Assembly: GCA_965209155.1 (NCBI GenBank)
Contig: OZ242383.1
Location: 960,001 to 1,024,000 of the forward strand
Source of the DNA: a bacterium
GTDB taxonomy: Bacteria; SAR324; NAC60-12
Reading direction: 5' to 3'
DNA length: 64,000 nucleotides
The stretch's first letter is position 1. The number at the start of each line of letters is the position of its first letter. A program made the translations under genes and the position numbers. Below the pieces are notes generated by a model. It was not told where the DNA came from. It saw nothing but the letters and a program-made list of their open reading frames with translations, and did no database searches. This document shows positions 39,146-50,419 of this stretch, piece after piece.

Positions 39146-39810
39146 CTAGAAATGTCCTCCAGAGGGAAGGACATCGGCTAATTGGTCACGGACCCCGTAG
39201 GGGTCGAAGAGGGCTTCTACCTGAGCCCAAGTGGTGGGATCCACCGGGATGCCCTGGGCCAATCGCTCCTGGCGCGACTTGGCGGATCTTTCCCCTGGAA
39301 AGAAAACCCCGCTCGATCCTTCCATCGGAGGGGTGTCTTGAAGGTATTTCATCATCTGTTGGACCTCGGCCTGGATGGTTTCCAGGGGTGCCATGCGGCC
39401 CAGGTCGATGGCGAGTATCGTGGACCCTTCCCACAGATCCATCTTTCTTGGAGGCAAAGCGATCTGGCCCAGAATTCCCCCGAAAAGCGCGATCATGACC
39501 GAGAGCGCATATCCCTCGCCATTTCCGTCGCTCGTGTGGCAACCACCTGTCCGAAGGTAGAATGGCCATCAATCTGGAGGATCGCCCCATGGTTGCCAAC
39601 GACTTCCGGCTCTGCTCTTGGATCGACCACGCCTTCCTCTATTTCTTTCAGGTACTGGGGTAGTCGAATGAACCCATGGGAATCGTATCCCGCAAGATCG
39701 GCCTGGGCCAGGTGGTCCGCCACGATACTGGCGTGGCTGGCCGGGGCACCTCCCGCCTGCAACATCACATCGGTTATCCGGACAATCTGATGCTTCGTCA
39801 ATATTGGCAT
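39146..39810 (-). pseudogene. Ldh_2 (YbiC/HcxB-like) dehydrogenase with a large internal deletion
   Basis: N-terminus ADLAGYDSHG...DGHSTFGQ jumps out of frame to GYALSVMIAL...VFFPGE. Confidence 0.85.
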
Positions 39811-39861
39811 GTTTAGCTCCTAAGAATTCGGTTAAATGGTTCCCTTCTCATCACTCACCCA

Positions 39862-40617
39862 TCACCTCCCTGCGGTTAATCCGCCGTCAATGACCAAATC
39901 GCTGCCGGTGACAAAAGAAGACTCGTCCGAAGCCAGGTAAAGGGCGCCGTAGGCCACGTCTTCCGGCTGGCCCGCGTGGCCCAGGGGAATACTGTTGAAC
40001 AGGTCCTGTCGAGATTCCTCCTCCTCCAAAAAGTGGGCGATCATCATTGTTTCGATGTTGGCCGGAAGTATGGAGTTGACGCGGATCCCTTCCCTGGCGT
40101 ATTGAACAGCGGTGGACTTGGTCAATAGCCGCATCGCGGCCTTGGACGTGTTGTAGGTGCACGACGTCCCCATGTTGCCTTCCAGCGCAGCCACCGAAGC
40201 GATGTTGATCATGGAGCCGCCACCCGATTTCCGCATCTCGGGTATAGCGTATTTTGTCCCCAGAAACGCACCCTTGGCAATTATATCCAAATCCCGATCC
40301 CACTGCTCGCTGGTGATCTCCTCCACCCGAGCGAATCGGCAAGTCCCCGCATTGTTCACCAGCACGTTCAGTTTCCCGAAGCGGGCGACCGTGGACGCCA
40401 CGGCTTGCTGCCACTCGGCCTCGCTGGTGACATCCAACCGGACGAAGAGGCACTCGCCACCGGTTTCATTAATTTCGGTCTCGGTCTGACGCCCTTCTTC
40501 TTCCAGCACGTCTCCAATGACCACTTTGGCCCCTTCCCCGGCAAACAGCGTGGCCATCGCTGCGCCCAGGCCCCTGGCTCCCCCGCTGATAAAAGCGACC
40601 TTGTCTTTCAGTCTCAT
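39862..40617 (-). CDS. SDR, copy 2 (paralogue of 887-1642)
   Basis: SGGARGLG, NNAG and YNTSK; collinear with copy 1. Confidence 0.93.
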   Translation of the reverse strand: MRLKDKVAFISGGARGLGAAMATLFAGEGAKVVIGDVLEEEGRQTETEINETGGECLFVRLDVTSEAEWQQAVASTVARFGKLNVLVNNAGTCRFARVEEITSEQWDRDLDIIAKGAFLGTKYAIPEMRKSGGGSMINIASVAALEGNMGTSCTYNTSKAAMRLLTKSTAVQYAREGIRVNSILPANIETMMIAHFLEEEESRQDLFNSIPLGHAGQPEDVAYGALYLASDESSFVTGSDLVIDGGLTAGR

Positions 40618-41339
40618 AGTTTCCCTCCATCGTTGATGATGGTTGTTTCTCTCCCCGCTAACCACTGGATGCCCCGCCCCACTACCGTTCGAAAACCGGG
40701 GTTTGAGTAGGCCTGGTTATCGTGCCCGTTTTGATAGCAGAAGACCCTCGCCTTACCGAAGGTCCGAGTCCACGCGATCGTCTTCATACTCTGGGGATGA
40801 TCGGTGGTGAGCAAAATGTGGCTATCCTCGTCCGCGTCATCTATGTGATAGGTCTCGTCGACGATGTCCCACGGCTCCAGTGTGGCAGTGATGGGATGCT
40901 CGGTGTCCGCGACGTCGATGCGCACGGTCTGGTCGAAGGCACACGGTATTCCCCCTCGCTGACGCATACCGCTAAGCTCTCTCCAGAGCGGCCAGTCGGC
41001 AAACGCCATCAGCGCGTGATGCAGCAGAAATATCCCCTGGTCCCCATCACCAAGGCCCTCCAGCATCTCCTTTATAGCTCCGCTCTGCCCTGCATCGGTT
41101 CCTGGCTCTATATAGTTCTTTAATTTGCCATCTTTTTCAGCGGGCGTGCTTTGCCACCAGCCGAAGAACACGAGTACGTCATAGGTCCCTGGACCGCGTG
41201 CCGCGTCGAAAACGAAGTCCCACAGGCTCTGAGGGTAGGCCTCGATTTCGGGAAGGGAGCGAAGCATGGACTGGAAGCCGACCACGTCATACTCGTGCTC
41301 GCCGGTAATCACGGCCGTTTTTATCTTTCCATTCGTCAT
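40614..41339 (-). CDS. ThuA-like protein, copy 2
   Basis: DETY and YQNGHD motifs; paralogue of 1655-2353. Confidence 0.87.
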   Translation of the reverse strand: MTNGKIKTAVITGEHEYDVVGFQSMLRSLPEIEAYPQSLWDFVFDAARGPGTYDVLVFFGWWQSTPAEKDGKLKNYIEPGTDAGQSGAIKEMLEGLGDGDQGIFLLHHALMAFADWPLWRELSGMRQRGGIPCAFDQTVRIDVADTEHPITATLEPWDIVDETYHIDDADEDSHILLTTDHPQSMKTIAWTRTFGKARVFCYQNGHDNQAYSNPGFRTVVGRGIQWLAGRETTIINDGGKL

Positions 41340-41372
41340 GTTCCTGTCTCCTGTAAAGGTTAAGTCAAATAA

Positions 41373-41400
41373 TGGGGCGGGTTTGCAAACCACCCCTACA
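41373..41400 (-). repeat. GTAG-family REP-like hairpin
   Basis: Minus strand tgtaggggtggtttgcaaacccgcccc. Confidence 0.55.
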
Positions 41401-41426
41401 GGTGCCTGTTAGTAAGAGTTAGCCGG

Positions 41427-42455
41427 TTAGTTAGGCAGCAAGGCCACGGAACGGACCTCGCCAAACTCCTTTTGCAGCTTTTGCCAAGAATCACCTCCGT
41501 CTTCGCTCAGGTACACGTAGCCATAGAAGCTGGCCGCGACGATTACGTTGGGCCGCTCCTTGTGAGTGGCCATCCCATAGATATGCGAGTTGGGCTTTAC
41601 CGGCAGGGACACAGGTTCCCAACTTTTCCCGGTATCCTGGGTGCGCTGCACGGCACCGGCGACACCGGGAATCGTGTCGCCGGTGCCGACGAACATGACA
41701 TCGGGGTTATCCGCTTTGATGACCATGCCGCGGCAGTAGGACTCTTTGTGCGCTTCATGGAGCTTTGGGAAATTGTGGTAATCCCAGCTTTCGCCTTCAT
41801 CGTGGCTGGTGGCGATGCCAAAAGGCGAGGTACAGTAGACTGCGGAAGGGTCGCCAGTCTTCAGAGCCATACTGTGAATGTCGCCATGTAAGGGGTCAGG
41901 CCCCAGGTCGGGTAGGTGTGTCCAATTGTCTCCGCCATCCAGGCTTTTGTAAACCCCGTCAACCTCCATGCCGGCCCAGATGGTGTCGTTGTCCCTGGGA
42001 TCTACCATCATGCTGGTGGTCCGCGGTGGTGAGACCGCTGCGAACGAACGTAGGGGGCTCTTCATGTTCACGCCCATCTGAAGCTTGCTCCAGGTCCTCC
42101 CCCCATCCCTGGAGCGGAATCCCTCTGGTCGCGTGCCCACGAAGAGGGTGTCCGGATCCGTAGGATCGACAGCCACCGACCAGATTTCAAGGCCCGCTGT
42201 GGGGGCATCCAGGTTTTCCCAGGTCACCCCGCCGTCGTCGCTGCGGAAAACGCCCACTCGGGATGAGGGTAATAATTGATCACCATCAACACCAGCCAAT
42301 ACCCGCCGGGGGTTGGATGGATCCACGCACAACGCCCTGACGTTGGACTCATGCCAGATAGGCTGATAGATGGGAGTCCAGGATTCACCGCCATCGGCAC
42401 TCACGTTCAGCCCTTGGCCGACGGTGCCGATGAGGAGTGTGTAATATTTTGCCAT
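41427..42455 (-). CDS. BNR/Asp-box beta-propeller protein, copy 2
   Basis: Repeated SxDGGxxW motifs; paralogue of 2680-3705. Confidence 0.88.
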   Translation of the reverse strand: MAKYYTLLIGTVGQGLNVSADGGESWTPIYQPIWHESNVRALCVDPSNPRRVLAGVDGDQLLPSSRVGVFRSDDGGVTWENLDAPTAGLEIWSVAVDPTDPDTLFVGTRPEGFRSRDGGRTWSKLQMGVNMKSPLRSFAAVSPPRTTSMMVDPRDNDTIWAGMEVDGVYKSLDGGDNWTHLPDLGPDPLHGDIHSMALKTGDPSAVYCTSPFGIATSHDEGESWDYHNFPKLHEAHKESYCRGMVIKADNPDVMFVGTGDTIPGVAGAVQRTQDTGKSWEPVSLPVKPNSHIYGMATHKERPNVIVAASFYGYVYLSEDGGDSWQKLQKEFGEVRSVALLPN

Positions 42456-42476
42456 GTTGCGTTTCCTTTCCAAAAA

Positions 42477-42640
42477 TCATGAAGCTCTCTTTTGGCGAGA
42501 CCTCGCCTGAGACCCGCCATAGCGCCCTGCAGTGCCCCGCAACCGGGGGTCGAGCAAATCTCTGAGGGCGTCGCCGAAAATATTGAGGCCGTAGACGGTG
42601 ATCACCGGAATGAGGGCGTTGGGAAGCGCATGCCGGAGTC
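42477..42640 (-). pseudogene. DppB/DppC permease fusion remnant
   Basis: RHALPNALIPVIT (DppB-type) fused in frame to VYGLNIFGDALRDLLDPRLRG (DppC C-terminus). Confidence 0.78.
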
Positions 42641-42675
42641 GGGGAATGAGATCGCTCCATTCCCCGATGGGCTCA

Positions 42676-44455
42676 TTACTGTATTTTTGCCTTTAAATCG
42701 CTGTTGATCCAGGCACGAGCGAAAATCCCGCCTACAGAAAAACAACAGGTATCATTGACTTCACCAGCGTAGTTCTCTACCCATGGCCAGTAAGCCATGG
42801 TTACCATTGGAGTTGGTACATAGGCCACATAAACTTTCGCCAGCAACAACTGATTCAAACCCTTCAATATCTTGTATGCTTCAACGGGGTCCAATGTTTG
42901 TGACTACTTCGCATAAATCTCGTTTATTTCAGGGTCATCAACCACATGGACTTGATAAGGTGCACTCTCCTCAACTGCACCCCAGTACATAGTCGCTCCC
43001 GGAATACCAACTGCCTGAGTAAGAAAAGTAATCGGCGCATGCTCATTTTTAGTAAGTATTCCATCCAAAGTAGACGTATCCCGCATATCAATTTTAACGT
43101 CGATTCCGATATCCTTCCACATAGCTGCCAGAAAAGACACCACATCTCGCTCAGGCTCCCGTGCATATGCGTGTACGGTAGTCTCGAAACCGTTTGGGTA
43201 GCTTGCCTCGGCTAATAGTTGCCTCGCGCGCTCAGGATTATACTCAAAAAGTTCCTGAGTTGATTGCGGTAGCTTCTCCATAGGAGTGAAGAGATTCTCT
43301 GCATATCCTGCATGGAGCTCAGCATTTAAAATCACTCCACTACCCCCCCACAAGGTATTGGTAAAGGCTTCTCGATCTATAGCCATGCTGATTGCTTTGC
43401 GCACCCTGAGATCGTCAAAGGGCTTCACATCCTGCCTCATGCCGATTCTCCAGGCTCTCTCCTCCGCTCTCTCTATCATCTTGAGTTTGGGACTTGATCT
43501 TTTTAGCGAGTCGACGAACTTTTTTTCCATTTGATCATATACGTCAATCTTCCCTGTTCGTAACGCAGCTACCTAGGAGGATTTATCCAGTATTAGAGTT
43601 TTTACCAGGCGGTCGATAAACGGAATCTCGTATTTCTTGTCATTGAATACGTAACTATCCCAGTAATTGGGGTTCCTTACGTAAGTTACCAAGCTTCCTT
43701 CCACGAAGTCCTCGAGATGAAACGGGCCTGTCCCCAGCCCCACATGATTCTTCCAGTCTTTCATAGCCTCGTCTGTCAGCACACGAGGTACGATGGTCGC
43801 CCCACTCCAATGCGCGAATCCAAAGAAATGCCACCATTCAGAAGTGAAATATTTATTCTTTATTGTAACCGTGTACCTATCCGTAGCTGTTACCGACTCC
43901 ACGTCTTGAAATACTGGCATATTATAGCGCGGCCAACCCACCTTATAGCTATAAACTACATCCTCCGCTGTCAGCTCCCTTGATTCCATGACTCCCGGCT
44001 TGCCCGACCACATGACTCCCCGACGTAGTGTGAAAATAATTGTGTTCGCATCGGGTAACGACCAGCTTTCAGCCAACCGACCTCTTAGGAGATACAAAGG
44101 AAACCCTTGAGAGTGATAAAAACCACTAGACCCTGAGCCGCGTGGCCCATACTTCTCAATGTCTGCATGCATAAGGGACTCATACATCGGTTCATGAAAA
44201 ATCGCTGCCGTCCACTGACTTCCTTCTCCTTTGTGCCAAACTGTAGGCGGAAAAGCCGCTCCATATCCGTCCAGGAATGTAATCGTCCCACCGTATTGCG
44301 GCCCGGCGTTCTTTGCCGCCTCCGACGAAAAACCAATTGTTTTTCTCCAATCGGCTGCCCAGGCCGGGCTGCCCAAGAAGCCTGCTCCTCCCAGGAGGAG
44401 GACCAGCATGAGGGCCAGCAGGGTTGACCTGAAGGTTGATTTGCGGTTTAGATTA
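42676..44455 (-). pseudogene. Family 5 SBP with two in-frame TAG stops and no start codon
   Basis: One continuous frame over three track ORFs (KSS*VAALRTG at 43573; YAK*SQTLDP at 42904); signal NLNRKSTF resembles that of the 8139 SBP. Confidence 0.88.
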
Positions 44456-44684
44456 AAAATCTATCAATCAGGGAGATCCACTTCTTTATGATCATGAGCC
44501 AAAAAGCGAAGGTTCACTCCACAATCCGACGTTTTTTCCAATGGCGATAATGATCGTAAAGGCTTTGCCAGGGAGGTTAATCAGAGTGCTGAGCGCTTTT
44601 GCTGAAAAGGCGAGAAAAGCAAGCTTGTTTCTCTTCAGGGGAGTTGTTAAGCTGGCATTTACCTCTATGAGATAAGGAGTCACT

Positions 44685-44947
44685 ATGCAAAGTATTCAGA
44701 TTGAAATTTCAGAAGAAATTGTTCTCTCATTGAAATTTCCCAAGGAACGGGCAAAGGCTCAATTAACAGAAGAATTGGCACTACAGCTCTATCGGGAAGG
44801 TTTTTGTCTTTCGGGAAAGCTCGTGCTCTCGCCAAGTTAAGCAAACGGGATTTTGCAGAAAGATTAGGAAAGGAAGGCATTCCTCGCCACTATACAGAGG
44901 CTGATTTAGAAGAGGATTTTATCTTTGCAGAAGGGAAAGAAGAGTGA
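44685..44947 (+). pseudogene. UPF0175 antitoxin with a 1-nt shift in a T-run (possibly a sequencing error), followed by ~9 codons of a DUF3368 toxin
   Basis: RBS AAGGAG; MQSIQIEISEE...ALQLYREG/LSFGKAR..LA..IPRHY; then GTG IVSNSSP at 44944. Confidence 0.75.
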
Positions 44948-44965
44948 TCGTCAGTAATTCTTCTC

Positions 44966-45316
44966 CCTTTTCTTCTGCTCATCCGCAAATTCCAGCATCG
45001 CCGGCCCTAACATCGAAATACCAGAACCCTCGCTGATCAGAGAAGAGCGGCATTTGAGGGCGGCCATTTCTTCTCTTAAAATTTTATACTTTGCTTTATT
45101 TAAATCTCCACCCCCATATTTTTTCGGCCACAGGGGAACGGTCCAACCTCGCTCAGCCATCCTCTCCAGCCAAATTTTCGAGTCAGGATTTTTAAAAGTG
45201 GCTTTTCGTCCTCCAAAAACCACTTCCTCTTCTGTGAGCCGGGTGCGTATCGAAGCAGGGCAATTTGCTTCCAACCATTCACGGGTTTCTGCACGAAATT
45301 TTTCAAGAGCTTCCAA
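44966..45316 (-). pseudogene. Acyl-CoA dehydrogenase ACAD1 5' fragment (operon copy B)
   Basis: FRAETREWL, GWTVPLWPKKYGG; its end MLEFADEQ matches 63968-64000. Confidence 0.88.
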
Positions 45317-45407
45317 GAGTCCTCCTTCTCAGGCGTTAATTGTTCTGTTCCGGCCTTGTCTGGACCGTATACCTGGAAATCGTCAGAGACTCGCGTTTCT
45401 CGTCAAT

Positions 45408-46143
45408 TCACGTGATCGACTGGAATCCATCGACGGTAATTGCCTGGCCCGTGATAAAGTTCGGCTCGGCACTCGCCAGGAACGCAACCACCTCACCGAT
45501 GTCTTCGGGCGTACCAAAGCGCCCAAGGCTAATCCCTTCCGGAACCTTATGAGCCAAAGCCTGGGCTGTCAGCTCAGTTTTGATGGTGCCCGGACATATC
45601 ACGTTCACCGTGATGGAAGGTCCCAGTTCTTTCGCAAGGGAACGCGTCATACCCAGTAGGCCCGCCTTAGAAGCTGCGTAGGCAGGCCTGCTGACTGTAC
45701 CACCGCTGAAGGCGGCTATAGACGAAATAAAAATAATTCGACCAGAACCTCGATCTTGCATCGATGGAACAACCGCTCTCGACCAGTTGAAACACCCTTT
45801 CAGGTTCACATCAATCGTACGATCCCACTCGGATTCACTAATTTTCAGTAAGCCTTTCGAACTCCCGATCCCCGCGTTATTGACAAGGACACTGATCGAC
45901 TCGTAACGCTCTAGAATGTCATCCGTCACTTCTTCAGCTTTTTCAAAGTTGCTGACGTCGGCAACGAAGGATTCAGCCCGGACGCCTGTCGCACAAAGTT
46001 TACCAGTCGCCTCTTTTAGTTCGGCTCCGAGAACATCGACAAGCGCAAGATTGAAGCCTTTGGCAGCGAGCGCCATGGCGCAACCAAGGCCTATCCCTCT
46101 GGCGCCGCCCGTTACCACAGCAACGGAACCGGCATCCTCTCCT
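45408..46143 (-). CDS. SDR1, FabG-like; body complete but native start replaced
   Basis: TGGARGIG, NNAG and YAASK; the native MTAKE start is seen only at 57964, so expression is uncertain. Confidence 0.75.
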
Positions 46144-46507
46144 TTCGTTACACCCGCCACATCAATCAACAACAAAACGAATGAGTCATCTCTCAATTCT
46201 ATCTTGCAGGAGGGACAGGGCTTGCTCTCATTCGAAAAAGTCCAGGAAAAACTCATTCAGGAAGCAAATCAACTCTTTGAACATTATCGCAGTTAAGAAC
46301 AAAGACAACAATCTCCTGAATGAGACTTCTTCCCATCAGAGAACATTCTATCCTTCGATTTTATGTTCCTATATTTTAGAAAACAGTATTATGTCCCCTG
46401 ATTTTTATAGTTTGCCAGGATACGAATTTGAAAATTGCTGTCCTCCGCACAATGTGTTATTCTTTTAAAAAAACACAATTTCACCATTCATTCCCCTCGA
46501 GGGCATC

Positions 46508-47311
46508 ATGACTACTTTAGAATCCGTCAAAACCCACTCTTCTTCAACACGGTTGCCTCCCTCTGCCAGGGAGTCGCTCAGGGTGAGTGAGGCTGAGTAT
46601 TGGAAGGTATATTACGAACACTCGGATGGTCAATATGAATGGAACAATGGACTCTTGGAGGAAAAGCCAATGCCAGATTATTTAAGCTTTCAAATCTATC
46701 GCTGGTTTTTACAACTCTTGGAAGAGTATCTCAAAGTGTTTCCAACGGGTCAACTGATGGGTTTGGAAATGGGCTTTCGTTTGGATTTGGGGGATAAAGT
46801 CAGCATACGGAAACCGGATTTGGCCATGATTCTCCACTCCAATCCTGTGGAGGCCAAACCGTTGGATCGTTCGTTTCAGGGAGTATGTGACCTCTGTATA
46901 GAGTTTTTATCCGACTCGACTCCCGAGGAGATGGAACGGGATACGGTGCACAAAAAAGAAGAATATGCCAAAGTGGGAGTGGCTGAATATTATATAATAG
47001 ACCGTTTGCACAAGCACACCGCCTTCTATGCTCTCAATGAGCAGGGGGTTTATGAAAAGATGGAGAGCCAAGAGCCCGGCGTGATTCATTCCGGAGTCTT
47101 GGATCGTTTCGCCTTTCGTCTTCAGGATTTAGAAAAACAGGTGGCCTTTGAAACATTAATCGAGGATCCTCTCTACCAATCCTTCCTCCTGAAAAGCCTC
47201 CAACAAGAGCGGCAACAAAAAGAAAAAGAGCGACAACAAAAAGAAAAAGCGCTTGCAGAAGTCGAAAGGCTGCGGGCTCTCCTCCAAGAGAAAGATGCTG
47301 ATCCCCGCTAA
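46508..47311 (+). CDS. Uma2-family (PD-(D/E)xK) putative endonuclease
   Basis: YEWNNG, RKPDL, DLCIEFLSDS, KKEEYA..GV.EYYI and a QERQ coiled tail. Confidence 0.88.
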   Translation: MTTLESVKTHSSSTRLPPSARESLRVSEAEYWKVYYEHSDGQYEWNNGLLEEKPMPDYLSFQIYRWFLQLLEEYLKVFPTGQLMGLEMGFRLDLGDKVSIRKPDLAMILHSNPVEAKPLDRSFQGVCDLCIEFLSDSTPEEMERDTVHKKEEYAKVGVAEYYIIDRLHKHTAFYALNEQGVYEKMESQEPGVIHSGVLDRFAFRLQDLEKQVAFETLIEDPLYQSFLLKSLQQERQQKEKERQQKEKALAEVERLRALLQEKDADPR

Positions 47312-47434
47312 AATTTTATGTCCCTCACAAGCGATACCTCCAACTAGTCCTGCTCACCAGTCAGGGTCGCTACGATGTCCCCTGGAGTGGAAGACTCTCT
47401 GCGGAGCAAAGAGTATCAAGGGATTACCCCACAT

Positions 47435-48061
47435 TTAAACCTTGGATAAAGCGAAAAAAGATTTGTCCCCTTTTGACCCCTTTTCAAGCCAATAATATAG
47501 GATAAGGTCTTTCACATCTCTACCCTGCAAGGTTCTTCTGCCAGTAAGTTTGGAATAGCGGGTGAAGAGAGCGTTGAGTTTTCCCGTCATCAACATATCC
47601 AGATCATAAACCCGGACTTTAATTTGGCTGGCACCGGTACTCTCATGCAAGGGCAGATAGCTCCATTTTTTATTCGCTTTGTAGCGGGAAATCTCTAATT
47701 TGATACTGCGAGCGCGTTTTGAGCCTACTTTGTAATGGGCACGAAAGTAATAGTTGAACGACTCGTCATCACCATAGACTTTACGATTCTTACTCCAGCG
47801 ACCTTCTTTTCCAGCTAGATGATCAAGGAAAGCCTTCGCCAAATTTTTCCGAGCTGTGTCTGTCATGACTTCAGCAACATCGAAATCCAGATCTTCTGAA
47901 AACCATCCATTGCCATGAACCAGACGAAGCGCGGTTCCTCCTTTGAAGATCAGGGGAAATCGCTGCAACTCCTCAATGAGGATGATTTGTGCCGCTTCTC
48001 TCTGCTGCTTTTCCCTATCGCTTCCCAGCAGGGCGGTGTGTGGAGGAACCATTATCGGCAT
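47435..48061 (-). CDS. AbiEii/AbiGii nucleotidyltransferase toxin (type IV TA); 3' end may be degenerate
   Basis: FKGGTAL, FSEDLDF, IKLEI, K.AL.R and GRD.KDL. Confidence 0.85.
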   Translation of the reverse strand: MPIMVPPHTALLGSDREKQQREAAQIILIEELQRFPLIFKGGTALRLVHGNGWFSEDLDFDVAEVMTDTARKNLAKAFLDHLAGKEGRWSKNRKVYGDDESFNYYFRAHYKVGSKRARSIKLEISRYKANKKWSYLPLHESTGASQIKVRVYDLDMLMTGKLNALFTRYSKLTGRRTLQGRDVKDLILYYWLEKGSKGDKSFFALSKV

Positions 48062-48627
48062 ATTAATTCTGAAACCCGGGGAGGAAACTGTCTGGCATAG
48101 TGTTTTAGCTTGTTTTGCTGAAGCAACCCTACTTCAATATTGTCTGGCTCCCGACCCATGTAAAGCAGATCGAGTACAGCTTTTTCCGGTTCTGCCACCC
48201 GGCCATCCGGGGTTTTTTCAATCCCAAAAGAAAGGGTTGGACTCATTTGGAACGATTTGAACTGATGCCCCTTCCAGATAACCGGTTTTGAGACCACTTG
48301 AGGCACCGCACTATGGATGGTCCAATCCACACGCAAACAAAGCCCTTCATACTCCTCTCTCATCATGCTCCAATACCGCAATGCCTCATACCCCGTCACA
48401 TAGCCCTCAGGGAATAAAACAGAAGCAATTTGGATCTTTTCTTCCTCACCAAACTCCTCCTTGAGCAGATTGACAAACACACCTCTTCTTACCGTATCTA
48501 TCACTCCCCGTTTCCTCAGATAGTATATTTTATCCCAGGCTTGGCGGTCCGTAATTTGGTGCAAATGCTGCAGTTCGGATTTGATAAAGACTTTCTTGTC
48601 CGGAAGGGCTTCTTTTAGAGCAAGCAT
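48052..48627 (-). CDS. AbiEi-family antitoxin (type IV TA)
   Basis: N-terminal wHTH ..RRGVF; YVT..EAL..W; AEPEKAVLDLLY; overlaps the toxin gene. Confidence 0.82.
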   Translation of the reverse strand: MLALKEALPDKKVFIKSELQHLHQITDRQAWDKIYYLRKRGVIDTVRRGVFVNLLKEEFGEEEKIQIASVLFPEGYVTGYEALRYWSMMREEYEGLCLRVDWTIHSAVPQVVSKPVIWKGHQFKSFQMSPTLSFGIEKTPDGRVAEPEKAVLDLLYMGREPDNIEVGLLQQNKLKHYARQFPPRVSELICR

Positions 48628-48759
48628 TTCTCATAATTATTCAGTTAAACTCGTAAAATTGGCTAGTTGAACTGGTATTTTAACAGTCACGGAAATACAT
48701 GGCAAGCTCATTTTCGGATCACCATGACCAAGCCAAACTCGTCTCGCTCGTCAAAACAT

Positions 48760-48985
48760 ATTGGACAATCTGAATCCGATCGAACCACTTCTCGAAGACG
48801 TGATGTCCCCGTCAGGATCGTGGAGGGTCCCACCCCTGGCTCCACTCGTCATGATCTGACCGGGGCGCACGCAGTTGACTCGAATGTTGTGTTAGCCTCC
48901 AATCCCGTCCATGTAGTGCGTCAGTGCTTCGACACCGGCTTTCGAAGCCCAGTAGGCTGAAGTGGTTGCGCCAAATTCCTCGTAC
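48760..48985 (-). pseudogene. Third SDR internal fragment
   Basis: AYWASKAGVEALTHY...*HNIRVNCVRPGQI. Confidence 0.7.
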
Positions 48986-49014
48986 ATCACAGGACTCATT
49001 CCCCGCTGAGCAGC

Positions 49015-49069
49015 AAAGGATGAAGCAAGGGAAGAGCGGATTACAATGGAAATCGTGGTAGACTGCTAC
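49015..49069 (+). repeat. 55-bp copy of the CcbP gene 5' end (36183-36237)
   Basis: aaaggatgaagcaagggaagagcggat(c/t)acaatggaaatcgtggtagactgctac. Confidence 0.9.
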
Positions 49070-49187
49070 GATGCAGCCTTCCTTACCAGAGCAAATCGCA
49101 AGACTCTTGGAAGAGAATTAATGTCCAAATGCAAATATCTCTCAAAAGAAACAATGCCCGAAAATGCAACTGACAGTGCTCACAGCT

Positions 49188-49616
49188 TCAGGATTCGCTA
49201 GGATGTTTCATCAATCGAGTAAAACCAGCCTGTTCAAAATGACGATCTGCTGTGAATATTTCTTCAATTTTATATTCTTTAGATACCTCAATCCCAATAC
49301 AATCCACCAAACTCCATTCTTTATCCGGTCTATCCTTAAACAACTGAATTCCTTTCTGCATCAGTTGGGGATCAATATGAACCAGTTCCCAAATTTCTGG
49401 AGACTGGTAGACAGCATCCATCAAATGAATAGCAGTTCGACGTGTATCAACCTAGCTCAAGGTATTACACATTTCCAAAATAACGGCGTTGGTAGTCACC
49501 AGCTTTCGCTTTGCCTGAAGCAATTCTCTCCGTATTCTGACAGCTTGAGTATGAAGGGTATCGGACTTGTCTCCCAAGGCGAGTAAAGCTACTGTATCTA
49601 CAAAAACTGGCTTCAT
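49188..49616 (-). pseudogene. VapC/PIN toxin with an in-frame TAG
   Basis: MKPVFVDT...VILE...TLS*VD...SLVDC...FTADRHFEQAGF; stop at 49452-49454. Confidence 0.88.
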
Positions 49617-49888
49617 TCCTCAACTCGCTTTTTTGTACCATAGAGATAATGATCATGGTTGATGGCAAGATCACCCTTACCTGATTCACAGGCAATATCT
49701 TCAATATCCAACTTCGCCCAGGGAGAATTATCATAAGCTTTTTCTTCAGCGGATTCTTCTTTAAAGGAGGAATCTTTTTCGCTTAAGGTCTTTTCTAGCG
49801 CTTCTACTGCAAGACGATCACGTTCTTCATCCGAGAGAGCTTTGATCCGCTTTCCTAAACCTTCAGGAACATTGAGTGTTATTTCCAT
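49613..49888 (-). CDS. VapB-type antitoxin
   Basis: RHH-like N-terminus, DLAINHDHYLYG tail, ATGA overlap with the PIN gene. Confidence 0.8.
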   Translation of the reverse strand: MEITLNVPEGLGKRIKALSDEERDRLAVEALEKTLSEKDSSFKEESAEEKAYDNSPWAKLDIEDIACESGKGDLAINHDHYLYGTKKRVEE

Positions 49889-50009
49889 GAATCTCCTAGT
49901 GAAAGAGGGAGGGGGATAAGTTTATATATATGCTATTATAAAATTCCTCTTTGAAAACACAAATGATTGTCTCGACCATACAACCTATGATAAATTTCTA
50001 TGCAATGAA

Positions 50010-50160
50010 GTGAGTACTGAGCATTTGGGGGAATGGTGCTCGCTGGGGACGTATTTTAATCCAGATGGGATGATTTTTCATGATGATCTTTTATTTGTAG
50101 CTGGCAGTGTTGGCGATGAGATTGCGATTATAGATAAAGAGGGTAAAATTTCTGCTTCTG
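50010..50160 (+). pseudogene. SMP-30/gluconolactonase-like fragment
   Basis: PDGM...LFVAG...I.IID.EGK only. Confidence 0.45.
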
Positions 50161-50419
50161 TCCCTGCGTACCAGGTCCGGTTTCAGGCGCTTTGAAATCA
50201 TACATCTTCTTTTCCTTTTATATTGTTAAAGTTCATAAGATACTAACTGACCCATACGCCCGAAAGTTACCCATAAGCGCTCGTCATGAACACTTAAATT
50301 CGTTTGCTGAGCAGGCATCCCCCTTTACACATCCCTCTTCAAATGGTAAGGTCTTCTGAAAATTTTGATTTTTCTATGTGGGCGCTGCTTGTGCTGGTTA
50401 TGGGGCCTCCCCAAACACC

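Noticed and set aside
46144..46256. Extended N-terminus of the 282-aa SDR1 ORF
   Set aside because: It comes from an unrelated abutting fragment; the native start is seen at 57964.
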